A stretch of 64,000 bases of DNA from Minisyncoccota bacterium (GCA_022841985.1 JALHQL010000004.1:1726-65725), one strand, 5' to 3'; counted from the first letter of the stretch, positions 28,760 through 38,230 are shown. Notes: generated by a model from the letters alone, not told the origin. Numbers and translations are program-made.

Positions 28760-29188
28760 ATGAACACAAAAATTATTTCAGCATTTGTCATTATTGTTTT
28801 CGCGGGAATAGCGGTGTCTATGTTTAACAGTCAAGATAAGGGTTCTGAAATGAACGCAAATGAGATTCAGGAGCAAAATAAAGAGCAGACAGTTAAGGAA
28901 TTCTCGATGGATTCGTATGTGAATATGGTTGACGGAAAGCCAGCTCCGAGATTTTCACTCGAGAATATTACGGTTAAAAAAGGGGACAAGGTAAAAATAA
29001 AAATAAACACAATCAATGGGACTCACGACTTCGTCATAGACGAGTTTAATGTGCGTTCCGAGACTCCGACTGGCAAAGAAACAGTAGTAGAATTCACTGC
29101 CGATAAAGCGGGTGAGTTTGTGTATTACTGCAATATGCCAGGACATCGCGCAAATGGTCACTGGGGAACGCTGACCGTGCTTGAATAA
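28760..29188 (+). CDS. Membrane-anchored cupredoxin-domain protein
   Basis: N-terminal TM, ITVKKGDKV, HDF, YYCNMPGHRANGH. Confidence 0.85.
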   Translation: MNTKIISAFVIIVFAGIAVSMFNSQDKGSEMNANEIQEQNKEQTVKEFSMDSYVNMVDGKPAPRFSLENITVKKGDKVKIKINTINGTHDFVIDEFNVRSETPTGKETVVEFTADKAGEFVYYCNMPGHRANGHWGTLTVLE

Positions 29189-29190
29189 AA

Positions 29191-30492
29191 ATGCTACTGG
29201 GAACTAAGAGCAGGAAAACGCTTTTACTGCGTCATATTCTAGTCGGATCGACCGCTACGGCACTGGCGTACGGCATATTCCTTTCGCGGGACGAGTTTCC
29301 ATTTGACGTCAGTATATGGCGAGCTTTGGGAGACACTGCTTTTATTTTTTTATTTTTCACTTTAGCGGTTGGCCCGTTAGCAAAGTTGTGGAAGCCGGCC
29401 TTGCGATTTGTGTCGTGGCGCCGCGAAACAGGTATCTGGTTTGCTCTTCTTGCGCTTGCTCACTTTATTCGCGTAATCGATTATGCGCTCCTAGAGCCGG
29501 GTATTGAACTGGCGCGACTCCTTGGTTTCGTGGCTCTTTTCTGGGCTCTAGTACTTGCGGCAACATCTTCAGATCGCGCGGTGAATTTCTTGGGTCCTTC
29601 TGCATGGAAGTGGTTGCATGGAATGGCATATGTGATTTTTTATCTTGTCGCCGCCCATGCGATGTATTTTCTATTTTGGCACTACCCGGAAACAAACTGG
29701 TTTCAGTATGCATATGTAGGTATGGTGTTCGCTGTACCACTGCTTCAGATTGCCGCTTTTGTTAAGGAGGTAGTTCGACAAAGAGCCGGGAAAGTTATTC
29801 TTGAAACCAAGAAACTACAGCTGCCAATTTTGGAACAAAGAATTATTGCAGAAAAAACATGTGAAATTTCCTTTGATCTGTCTGGGAAAGAATTTGAATT
29901 TTTAGCGGGGCAATATATTCGAGTGGGCGTACCTACGCTTCTGCACCCTGATCCAAGAGGGTCATCGCGGCTTTTCTCTCTCACTTCTTCGCCAACAGAT
30001 GTAAAAAGAATTACAGTGGCATTTCGAAATTCCGGTAGTGGATTTAAAAAAACTCTAATGGAATTACTGCCTGGTTCTCCTGTCAGTATAGAAGGTCCGT
30101 TCGGATACCTTACTCTTCCCAAAGACGATACTCGCCCTTTGGTTTTTATAGCTGGGGGAATTGGCATTACTCCATTCATGAGCATGATTCGTTTTGTTAC
30201 CAAGCAAAAAACTCCTCACAAGATAACTTTGTTGTATGCCAATAGGACTGTCGAAAACGCTGCATATATCGAAGAATTGACAACAATTGCTAAACAAAAT
30301 CCGCTTTTTTCATTACAGAATCGGTTTGGACGTATTGATGCAGAGTTTATACAGAAAACAGTACAGGATCTTGATAGCGCGGCGTGGTATATCGTCGGAC
30401 TCCCAGTCATGGTAGCTGATATGCACAGCCTTCTTTTGCAGCTCGGTGTGAAAGAAGACGCAATTTATTTCGAGGATTTTACTGGCTACTGA
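29191..30492 (+). CDS. MsrQ/ferric reductase-like heme membrane domain fused to an FAD/NAD(P)-binding oxidoreductase
   Basis: WRRETG..H, TS, WKWLH...H; AGQY, RLFSLTS, GPFG, AGGIGITP. Confidence 0.85.
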   Translation: MLLGTKSRKTLLLRHILVGSTATALAYGIFLSRDEFPFDVSIWRALGDTAFIFLFFTLAVGPLAKLWKPALRFVSWRRETGIWFALLALAHFIRVIDYALLEPGIELARLLGFVALFWALVLAATSSDRAVNFLGPSAWKWLHGMAYVIFYLVAAHAMYFLFWHYPETNWFQYAYVGMVFAVPLLQIAAFVKEVVRQRAGKVILETKKLQLPILEQRIIAEKTCEISFDLSGKEFEFLAGQYIRVGVPTLLHPDPRGSSRLFSLTSSPTDVKRITVAFRNSGSGFKKTLMELLPGSPVSIEGPFGYLTLPKDDTRPLVFIAGGIGITPFMSMIRFVTKQKTPHKITLLYANRTVENAAYIEELTTIAKQNPLFSLQNRFGRIDAEFIQKTVQDLDSAAWYIVGLPVMVADMHSLLLQLGVKEDAIYFEDFTGY

Positions 30493-30550
30493 TACTAAGT
30501 TGTCACGGGTACGCTGCGGGATAATAGATTTTAGGTTAGAGTGGTGCTAT

Positions 30551-30623
30551 GGGCGATTAGCTCAGTTGGTAGAGCAACCCCTTTACACGGGGAAGGTCAC
30601 AGGTTCGAGTCCTGTATCGCCCA
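30551..30623 (+). tRNA. tRNA-Val(UAC)
   Basis: GGGCGAT/ATCGCCC acceptor stem, TT-TAC-AC loop, GGTTCGAGTCC. Confidence 0.94.
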
Positions 30624-30662
30624 CTTGAAACCATAAGTAATATCGGACAGGTTGGAACAACT

Positions 30663-31367
30663 ATGCTCGCGCACGAAAAATCGAAAGATGTCTCTCATCC
30701 AACCTGCGTTGGCATCATTATGGACGGCAATCGCCGATGGGCAAAGGAGAATGCCGTGTCAGCATATGAGGGGCACTCAGAGGGTTATAAAAAACTAAAA
30801 GAGATAATGAGTTGGGCGCGTGAAGGGCATATTTCTCATGTGGTGATCTATGCTTTCTCGACAGAAAACTGGCAACGCTCGGAAGAAGAAGTTAACTATT
30901 TGATGCAGATTTTTCGTTTCATTTTGAAAAATGAGATAAAAAATATGGTTGATAAGGGAGTGAGAGTGCGTTTCATTGGTGATATCACGCGCTTTCCAGA
31001 CGATATTAGAAACATGATAAAGGATGCGGAAACGCAAATCGCCGCGACATACGATATCACCCTGCATCTCGCAGTGTCTTATGGCGGTCGCGCGGAAATT
31101 GTCGCTGGAGTAAACGCGCTGCTCACTGAAGGGGCGACGACTCTTACTGAAGAATCTTTTGCGGAAAAACTGTGGTCGCATGATATGCCCGATCCTGATC
31201 TCATCATCCGTACCGGCGGAGAAAAGCGTTTGTCAAATTTCCTGCCTTGGCAGTCAGTCTATAGCGAGCTTTTTTTTACTGATACAAAATGGCCAGCTTT
31301 TACAAAGGAGGAGTTTAATGCAATTCTCGCGGAGTTTTCTACTCGGGAACGTCGGCGCGGAAAATGA
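30663..31367 (+). CDS. uppS: Undecaprenyl diphosphate synthase
   Basis: IMDGNRRWA, YAFSTENW, YGGR, IRTGGEKRLSNF. Confidence 0.96.
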   Translation: MLAHEKSKDVSHPTCVGIIMDGNRRWAKENAVSAYEGHSEGYKKLKEIMSWAREGHISHVVIYAFSTENWQRSEEEVNYLMQIFRFILKNEIKNMVDKGVRVRFIGDITRFPDDIRNMIKDAETQIAATYDITLHLAVSYGGRAEIVAGVNALLTEGATTLTEESFAEKLWSHDMPDPDLIIRTGGEKRLSNFLPWQSVYSELFFTDTKWPAFTKEEFNAILAEFSTRERRRGK

Positions 31368-31370
31368 AGG

Positions 31371-31460
31371 GAAGAAAGCTCGCAGAACCGAGCTTTCTTC
31401 CTGCGCTCGCCGCGGACAAATGTGTGCAAACACACTTTGTCGCTCAGCTAGCTTGGTAGT
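31371..31460. repeat. Third copy of the miniature hairpin element
   Basis: AGCTTTCTTCCTGCG, then hairpin ACAAATGTGTG/CACACTTTGT, then GCTTGGTAGT, matching the ends of the 5849-6001 units. Confidence 0.7.
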
Positions 31461-31474
31461 GATACTGTTGGGAT

Positions 31475-32185
31475 ATGGAACTCCCCATTCTCTATGAAGA
31501 CGCTGATATCGTCGCAATCGCAAAACCCGCGGGGCTTATTACACATTCTGACGGTCGGACAAAAGAAGAAACCGCTGAAGAATGGTTTCTAGAAAAATAT
31601 AAAGTTGGAATCACCGACCCTCCTTCTTCAGGATATGTGCATAGACTTGATCGCGATACCTCAGGCGTACTTGTCTTTGCAAAACATGCAGCGGCGTACT
31701 CTTTCTTGCGCAAAGCTTTTCATGATCGGGATGTAAAGAAAGAGTACTTAGCGTTTGTGCATGGTGCACCAAAAGAGAAAAAGGGAACTATCGATTTTGA
31801 TATCGGACGTTCGCGCAGCGACTTTCGTCTCCGAAGTGCCCAACCAAAAGCAAAAGGACTTTTGCGCGATGCTCGTACTCACTATGAGGTGCTTGCGGAG
31901 ACAGACAGGTACGCTCTTATGAAGATGACACCGGAAACCGGCAGGACCCATCAGATTCGGGTGCATCTAAAGGCAATTCATCATCCGATTGTTGGGGATG
32001 TGCTGTACGCCCCGAATCACCCTGCAGCACTTGGTATCAAGCGACTTGGCTTACATGCGTATGCTCTCGATATTCCGCTTCCTTCGGGTACTCGTGTGCG
32101 CATTATTGCGCCGGTGCCGGGCGATCTCGTGTCCGCTTTTGCACAGTTTCCTGACGCAAATACTATCCTTGCGTCGCTCGCGTAG
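31475..32185 (+). CDS. RluA/RluD family pseudouridine synthase
   Basis: KPAG, HRLDRDTSG, TGRTHQIRVH, IVGD, LHA. Confidence 0.94.
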   Translation: MELPILYEDADIVAIAKPAGLITHSDGRTKEETAEEWFLEKYKVGITDPPSSGYVHRLDRDTSGVLVFAKHAAAYSFLRKAFHDRDVKKEYLAFVHGAPKEKKGTIDFDIGRSRSDFRLRSAQPKAKGLLRDARTHYEVLAETDRYALMKMTPETGRTHQIRVHLKAIHHPIVGDVLYAPNHPAALGIKRLGLHAYALDIPLPSGTRVRIIAPVPGDLVSAFAQFPDANTILASLA

Positions 32186-32228
32186 CGAATTTGCTCTCTC
32201 TTATAACGCGTGCTAGAGTGCAGGGCAC

Positions 32229-32690
32229 ATGCAAAAGGTCATAACTCCGGTCAATGTAGAAGGGCGCGCGAAGCTCGGCATCCGCTCGGGTGATACCGTG
32301 CGCGTCGTGCAGAACATTGTCGAGCTTAAGAAGGGCCGCGGTACTGATAAGAAGGAGAAGACGACCAAGAATGTTCGTAAGCAGACTTTTGAAGGACTCG
32401 TTCTCTCGACCAAGCACGGCACTGAAGCCGGAGCGATGTTCACTGTCCGTGCGACGCTTTCTGGTGTCGGTGTTGAGAAGACTTTTCCGCTCTATACACC
32501 CTCAATCGATTCGATAGAGATCGTCAAACGCTCCAAAGTTCGTCGCGCAAAGCTCTATTTCATTCGCGAGAAGGCGACCAAGGCGGTTCGTCGCCAGCTG
32601 CGCAATGCACGCATGATGAATATGAAGAGCGACGAGTCACTCATGCAAGCAGAAGCGGTAGCGGAAGAGAAGACGGAGGTTGCGGCGTAA
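32229..32690 (+). CDS. rplS: 50S ribosomal protein L19
   Basis: GDTVRV, QTFEG, FTVR...GVGVEKTFP, KVRRAKLYFIR. Confidence 0.96.
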   Translation: MQKVITPVNVEGRAKLGIRSGDTVRVVQNIVELKKGRGTDKKEKTTKNVRKQTFEGLVLSTKHGTEAGAMFTVRATLSGVGVEKTFPLYTPSIDSIEIVKRSKVRRAKLYFIREKATKAVRRQLRNARMMNMKSDESLMQAEAVAEEKTEVAA

Positions 32691-32700
32691 ATTTTTGTAG

Positions 32701-32737
32701 GAAAAACCGCCAATCGCTTTGCGATTGGCGGTTTTTC
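32701..32737 (+). terminator. Intrinsic terminator
   Basis: GAAAAACCGCCAATCGC-TTT-GCGATTGGCGGTTTTTC. Confidence 0.85.
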
Positions 32738-32757
32738 GTTTATAGTGTCCCGCAGTT

Positions 32758-32841
32758 GCCCAGGTGGCGAAATTGGTAGACGTACTACCTTGAGGTGGTA
32801 GCGCCCGCAAGGGCTTGGAGGTTCGAGTCCTCTCCTGGGCA
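32758..32841 (+). tRNA. tRNA-Leu(GAG)
   Basis: GCCCAGG/CCTGGGC acceptor stem, TT-GAG-GT loop, long variable arm. Confidence 0.94.
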
Positions 32842-32939
32842 CAGATAGTAATTTATTCCGCATTTTCGACAATCTGTTATCCTGAAAGGGGGGTATAGCA
32901 CATTGAACAATCTCTCGTGGAAGAAAGGAGGTGGTAGTG

Positions 32940-33836
32940 ATGGTGCAGAGAAAAGAAGAACTGTACCCAAAGAACGCTCTCTTCATGCTCGTTGCGCATG
33001 TTGTTGGTCTCTACGGTTTCTACGCCGCGATATCTGGCCAATGGGGAAAAGAAACACTCATCCTTGGGGCAGTTATGTTCTGTGTCAGCGGACTTGGTAT
33101 CACTGTCGGGTACCATCGCTACTTTACCCATCGTTCTTTCAAGTGCGGAAAAGTACTGCAGACAATCCTCATGATTTGTGGAACGACTGCAGTTCAGGAC
33201 AGTATCATGAACTGGGTTTCGGATCACAAGATGCATCATACGAATACTGACAGAGATGGGGATCCGTACAATGCTGCGCGAGGTTCCTTGTGGGCACATT
33301 GCGGCTGGATCCTTTACAAGGATCTGACGAGAAAGAAGGATTACAGCACAGCTGCTCATTTGATGGAGGACTCGGAGACTAGAAGGATTGTAAATTTTCA
33401 GCATGCGTATTATCACACGCTGGCGATCCTGTTCTCGGGGTTCGTTCCCGTTCTTATAGCGTCTCTCTGGAACGATCCTCTTGGCGGTCTTGTGTTCGCC
33501 GGATTCTCGCGGTTGATTGCTGTGTGGCATATGACCTTCTGCATAAACAGTCTTGCTCACAGGAAGCATTGGGGAAGCAGACAGCCATATACGCGAGCAA
33601 ATTCATCTCAGGACAGTTGGCTGGTTTCCCTCGTTACGTTCGGAGAGGGGTATCACAATTACCACCACGCTTTTCCAGGGGATTATCGAAATGGTCCGTA
33701 TTGGTACAACTTCGATCCATCCAAGTGGTTGATTTTCTGCTTGTTAAATTTTGGATTGACCTGGGATCTTAATCGGGTGCCCAAGGAGAAGATAGAAAGA
33801 GCTCGTAACGCAGTTCTTCGCTCGGATAATAATTAG
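32940..33836 (+). CDS. Delta-9 type membrane fatty acid desaturase
   Basis: His boxes HRYFTH, HKMHH, GEGYHNYHH; DPSKW; AGGAGG SD. Confidence 0.92.
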   Translation: MVQRKEELYPKNALFMLVAHVVGLYGFYAAISGQWGKETLILGAVMFCVSGLGITVGYHRYFTHRSFKCGKVLQTILMICGTTAVQDSIMNWVSDHKMHHTNTDRDGDPYNAARGSLWAHCGWILYKDLTRKKDYSTAAHLMEDSETRRIVNFQHAYYHTLAILFSGFVPVLIASLWNDPLGGLVFAGFSRLIAVWHMTFCINSLAHRKHWGSRQPYTRANSSQDSWLVSLVTFGEGYHNYHHAFPGDYRNGPYWYNFDPSKWLIFCLLNFGLTWDLNRVPKEKIERARNAVLRSDNN

Positions 33837-33911
33837 GGGCGTGTCTTATGAAAGACACGCCCCGTTCTTTTGATATTTCGAAAAGGTATACTGTACACAG
33901 CTATTACTTAT

Positions 33912-34445
33912 ATGTTCTACACTGGTAAAGGAGATACGGGAACGACAAAAACATTTGGCTGCAATCAGCAGCGTATTTCAAAATCTTCAGAGATACCGGA
34001 AGCGTTGGGTGCTCTTGATGAAGTAAATGCGTTCTTAGGATTTGTAAAAATGCGTAGCACAGAGATATCGCGTATTCAGGTAGTGCTGCGCGATACGCAA
34101 GAAACTCTTTTCATTATTCAAGCACAGGTTGCCGGAGCAGATAAAAAATTAAAAGAAGGTGCCGTAGCGCAGGTCGAGGTTCTGGTGAATAGTATTGAAA
34201 AAGAAATTCCTCCAATCACCGGGTTCTCTATAGCTGGAGGAACGGAGATTTCCGCGCTTCTTGATGTGGCTCGAACCATTGCGCGCCGCGCCGAGCGAAA
34301 ACTCATCGCAGCAAGGGAGGTCGGTGCCTGTGTCCTGGCGGATGAAACTATGGCATACATGAATCGTCTTTCGTCGCTTCTGTTTGCGCTCGCACGACTT
34401 GCGAATCATGTGGCCGGAATTAAAGATGAATCCCCGCGGTATTAG
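33912..34445 (+). CDS. PduO-type cob(I)alamin adenosyltransferase
   Basis: YTGKGDTG, GALDE, RTIARRAER, NRLSSLLF. Confidence 0.9.
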   Translation: MFYTGKGDTGTTKTFGCNQQRISKSSEIPEALGALDEVNAFLGFVKMRSTEISRIQVVLRDTQETLFIIQAQVAGADKKLKEGAVAQVEVLVNSIEKEIPPITGFSIAGGTEISALLDVARTIARRAERKLIAAREVGACVLADETMAYMNRLSSLLFALARLANHVAGIKDESPRY

Positions 34446-34504
34446 ATCGCGAGTAGAGAAGTAGGCAGATAGTCACTATTCGTGGTATAAAAAATCTCGT
34501 GCAT

Positions 34505-34577
34505 GGCGACTATGGTGTAACGGTTAACACTGGAGCTTGTGGAGCTCTCAATTCGGGTTCGATTCCCGATAGTCGCC
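34505..34577 (+). tRNA. tRNA-His(GUG)
   Basis: G-1 plus GCGACTA/TAGTCGC-C, TT-GTG-GA loop. Confidence 0.92.
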
Positions 34578-34609
34578 CTAGGTTATTAATCGCGTGGTAA
34601 CATTTACGA

Positions 34610-35257
34610 ATGAAAAGCTTATTTCTCGGTATTTTTATCATCATAATTGTTGGTATCGGTGGATTCATATACCGGAATGTGGTTGAACATCCAGCACAGC
34701 CGATCGTGTGTCCAGTCAGTGATTTTATTTGCCCAGACGGCACTCGTATTTCGCGCATCGGTTCCGCTTGTGTATTCCCTGCATGTCCGCCGCCGAACAT
34801 CTCGCTCTCAGAGATCGGTATCGCTTTTGCAGTGCCGGAAAATTTTGTTTCCGCAGAATCTCAAGATGGTGCGACTGTTGCGGCCTATGCATTACCAGTC
34901 ATGGCCTCTTCGACAAATAATGCGAGCATTATCATCCGTCGTTTTGCAATCACCGCGTCTTCAACTGCGCTTGCGACCATACAACAGACTGCCATCGGAG
35001 GAGCTACCGGATTACCTGTCAGCGCGACGGAATATTCTTCTAGTAGTTTCGGGATATATCGGTTTACTGTTGTTCGTGTAGAGCGTTTTGAGGGCGTCAT
35101 AGACACTGCCTACTATCTCGCCCGAGCGACAGACGTGCTGCGCTTCGATGCCATTGATACTGGTGTTATGAACTGGACTGACAAAAACCTCGATACTTCG
35201 ACGCTTCCGGCCCATGCAGCCCTGCGGAAGCTTCTCACAACTCTCCAGGGAGGGTGA
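34610..35257 (+). CDS. Membrane-anchored protein with C-x6-CPDG-x9-C-F-CP motif
   Basis: N-terminal TM and four-Cys motif. Confidence 0.7.
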   Translation: MKSLFLGIFIIIIVGIGGFIYRNVVEHPAQPIVCPVSDFICPDGTRISRIGSACVFPACPPPNISLSEIGIAFAVPENFVSAESQDGATVAAYALPVMASSTNNASIIIRRFAITASSTALATIQQTAIGGATGLPVSATEYSSSSFGIYRFTVVRVERFEGVIDTAYYLARATDVLRFDAIDTGVMNWTDKNLDTSTLPAHAALRKLLTTLQGG

Positions 35258-35303
35258 TTTGTGCTATACTCTTCGCATTAATTCATAATGTATTGATTCC
35301 GAT

Positions 35304-36113
35304 ATGAACAACAATCCTCTCTATGAAATTTTTGACCAACGAGGTGCGCGTATCGCGTTTGTCGGCGTTCTTTCTATTCTTGCACTCTTCTTACTTGCAC
35401 AAACTATAGCTACTGTTGGAAACCTCGGACGCTCGGGCACTCCAGCGACCGATACAGTTACAGTACAGGGTTCTGGTCAAGCAACGCTTCCGCCAGATGT
35501 TGCTCGGGTTTCTTTCACTGTCGAAAACACCGCGGCGACTGTTTCGCTTGCTCAGGAGGCGACGACAAAACAGGCAAATACGGCAATTGAGTATGTAAAA
35601 AGTCAGCGTATTGCTGAGAAAGACGTAAAGACGCTCTCGTACAATATTTCACCGCAATACTCGTACCCAAATCCTTGTCCGCTCGGAGGGAGTTGTCCAG
35701 ACTATAATCGTGCGCCAAAGATAATCGGTTATCAAGTCTCGCAGACGATTCAGGTAACGATGCGTGATCTCTCCGCCGTCGGCACCCTCCTCGGCGGGCT
35801 TGGCAAACTCGAAGTACAGAATGTAAACGGTCCTGCCTTTGCACTCGACGATGCAACCGCTGGTTATGATGCTGCGCGCGCTGATGCAATCAATAAAGCA
35901 AAAGCACAAGCAAAACTCCTTTCAAAGCAGCTGGGCGTCCGTCTCGGAAAGATCGTGAATTTCAGCGAATCATCAGGAGGATATGCTTATCCGATGTACA
36001 GCATGCTCGGTAGGGGAGGTGCAGAGGATTCGAAGGCTGCGTTAACGCCAGAACTTCCGGTTGGCGAGAATACCTACAATGCATCAGTTTCGATTACCTA
36101 CGAAATCAGATAA
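35304..36113 (+). CDS. SIMPL/DUF541 domain protein
   Basis: VTVQGSG, PDVA, GYQV, AKAQA...LGVRLGKI, VSITYEI. Confidence 0.9.
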   Translation: MNNNPLYEIFDQRGARIAFVGVLSILALFLLAQTIATVGNLGRSGTPATDTVTVQGSGQATLPPDVARVSFTVENTAATVSLAQEATTKQANTAIEYVKSQRIAEKDVKTLSYNISPQYSYPNPCPLGGSCPDYNRAPKIIGYQVSQTIQVTMRDLSAVGTLLGGLGKLEVQNVNGPAFALDDATAGYDAARADAINKAKAQAKLLSKQLGVRLGKIVNFSESSGGYAYPMYSMLGRGGAEDSKAALTPELPVGENTYNASVSITYEIR

Positions 36114-36181
36114 TCACTTTCTTGATTATTAAAATAAAAAGGGCCCTGCTGGTGCGGGGCCCTTTGTCTTTCTTCGACGCA

Positions 36182-36637
36182 TTAGTTTTTTGCGGTGGCA
36201 GCAAGTCCGAATTCTTTTTTGAGAGCCGTCGTGAATCTTTCTACGGTTTCCCTCGCTAAAGAAGTATTCGTCTCGCCAAAATTTCCCTTCTGTTCGACGA
36301 TGATTTTAATCGTATTTCCAACCAGTTGCAGCGTAATCATCGTTGAGTCCTGAGCGCCGTACGCGGCGGCCTTCAGGAACCCTACAGCATCCAGATTCTT
36401 TGTGAATACGACAAGATTCTGTCCAGTATTCTCACTGAGCATTGGATACTCGAGAGCCTCACCAACCCGGATTGCTCTACTCAGGAAGTTGGTCGGCGGT
36501 TCTTTAAGGACAAGTCCACCCTCGTTCGTAATGGACTGAACCCTAGTGTGCTGTCCAAGATTTGGACAGCCTGTCAAACCAAGACCGGATGCGAGGACCA
36601 ACATCGAGAGCAGGGCACGACGCGTGAAGGTGTTCAT
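36182..36637 (-). CDS. Putative lipoprotein
   Basis: MNTFTRRALL...LTGC lipobox; AAGGAG SD. Confidence 0.7.
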   Translation of the reverse strand: MNTFTRRALLSMLVLASGLGLTGCPNLGQHTRVQSITNEGGLVLKEPPTNFLSRAIRVGEALEYPMLSENTGQNLVVFTKNLDAVGFLKAAAYGAQDSTMITLQLVGNTIKIIVEQKGNFGETNTSLARETVERFTTALKKEFGLAATAKN

Positions 36638-36691
36638 GACACACTCCTTGGTTAAAGTTTGCTGTAACGAACCCAGAACCCTCTAAGAGAC

Positions 36692-36770
36692 AGAGTAGCA
36701 TCTTTAAATTGAAATGTCAAGTAGTTATACAGTACAACTACTTGACATACCATGTCAATGGGTATATATC
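36692..36770. promoter_or_regulatory. Back-to-back divergent promoters within a 13-bp inverted repeat
   Basis: ATGTCAAGTAGTT-N9-AACTACTTGACAT (36714-36748) with TTGACA on each strand. Confidence 0.65.
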
Positions 36771-36915
36771 ATATCGAGGATAAATAAGTTCTTTCACGAT
36801 ACGGATATAGAAAGGAGGTGCCGCATGAATCACGACCGGTCCCCATAGATAGGTTCTCCAAGAGGGGAATAAACGATTTAAGCCAATTTTGTTTGGTAGT
36901 GGGAGAGACAATATC

Positions 36916-37140
36916 ATGGGGAAGCAGGGAGTTTTAGTCGGAAGAGTCGGAAGGACATTTCCCAAGTCCGAAGACAGTGGTGGAGTGGAAGGGGCGTTGG
37001 ACCCACAACGAAAATTCTATTCCGCACTCGACGGCCGAGGGAAACACGTGGAGATTCCTTGTCCGAATGCACACTGCAAAAAACCAGTTTGCTTAGCTGA
37101 TAGAGCTGAGTGTACCCATTCGGGTGAGGAATTCGTCTGA
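36916..37140 (+). CDS. Small putative zinc-ribbon protein
   Basis: GGGAG SD, CPNAHC...CTHSG. Confidence 0.45.
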   Translation: MGKQGVLVGRVGRTFPKSEDSGGVEGALDPQRKFYSALDGRGKHVEIPCPNAHCKKPVCLADRAECTHSGEEFV

Positions 37141-37347
37141 GGATGTATCGCCGACGCCACGTACGTCTTCGGGGGAGCACTTCCTCGATAGACATGTTCT
37201 AAAAGAAAGGAGAAAATAAAAACAAAAAGCTCGGCTGTCGTGAGACATCTGGGCTTTTCTTTTTGGTATTGACGTATTTAGGGCGTTGTACTACAATACC
37301 CACATCGAAAGCCCGGAGGGCTTTTTTATTTACCTGACATATCCGCT

Positions 37348-37533
37348 ATGTACGCACCCTTCACTTATCTGAAGCATGTTCGCGAAGAATTCACGCACAT
37401 CGTCTGGCCGACGAATCGGACAGCCTTGGCGCACACTCTTGTTGTTATTCTTATCGCGGTTATTATCGCACTGATTGTTGCATTAATGGATTACGTCTTC
37501 GGCGCGATGGTAAGCAACTTCGTTATCGGATGA
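37348..37533 (+). CDS. secE: Preprotein translocase SecE
   Basis: EEFTHIVWP, single TM, upstream of nusG. Confidence 0.9.
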   Translation: MYAPFTYLKHVREEFTHIVWPTNRTALAHTLVVILIAVIIALIVALMDYVFGAMVSNFVIG

Positions 37534-38180
37534 TTTTTATGAATGATACTCAACATATGCATGGTGGCGAGATGGATCTTCCTGAAGAAATCGGGATGGC
37601 GGACATTGCTCCTTCGGTACGTAAAGAAATGAGAGACGAAACGGTGCCGCAGGAAAAGGATGCGCGCTGGTACACGGTGCATACGTATGCCGGCTATGAG
37701 AATGCTGTTGAACGCAACTTGAAACAGCGCATTGAGTCACTCGGCATGGAAGGGAAGATCTTCGATGTTATCGTTCCGACTGAGAAAAAGATTCATGTGA
37801 AAGGAGGGAAGCGTATGGTCGAAGAAGAAAAAATCTATCCGGGGTATATTCTCGTACGGATGATTGTCGACGATGATTCATGGTTCGTGGTGCGTAATAC
37901 ACCGCGTGTTACGGGATTCGTCGGTGCGGGCAATACTCCGGTCCCGATGGAAGAATCAGAGGTCGCGCTACTCATGAAGCGGATGACGGCAGAGGCGCCG
38001 AAACACCGCATTGATCTCATGAAGGATGATCCGATAGTTATTGCGGACGGTCCTTTTAAGGATTTGGAAGGCAAAGTTGGCGAGATTGATGAGGATCGTG
38101 GAAAGGTAAAAGTCATGGTTTCGATGTTCGGTCGCGAGACGCCGGTCGAGCTCGACTTTCTTCAAATACGCAAGCTGTAA
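37530..38180 (+). CDS. nusG: Transcription factor NusG
   Basis: WYTVHTYAGYE, PGYILV, RNTPRVTGF, GRETPVEL. Confidence 0.96.
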   Translation: MIFMNDTQHMHGGEMDLPEEIGMADIAPSVRKEMRDETVPQEKDARWYTVHTYAGYENAVERNLKQRIESLGMEGKIFDVIVPTEKKIHVKGGKRMVEEEKIYPGYILVRMIVDDDSWFVVRNTPRVTGFVGAGNTPVPMEESEVALLMKRMTAEAPKHRIDLMKDDPIVIADGPFKDLEGKVGEIDEDRGKVKVMVSMFGRETPVELDFLQIRKL

Positions 38181-38230
38181 TTGCTGCTGCATTTGACCTA
38201 GAACGCTTATTAATATAGTTTCATCTTTAT

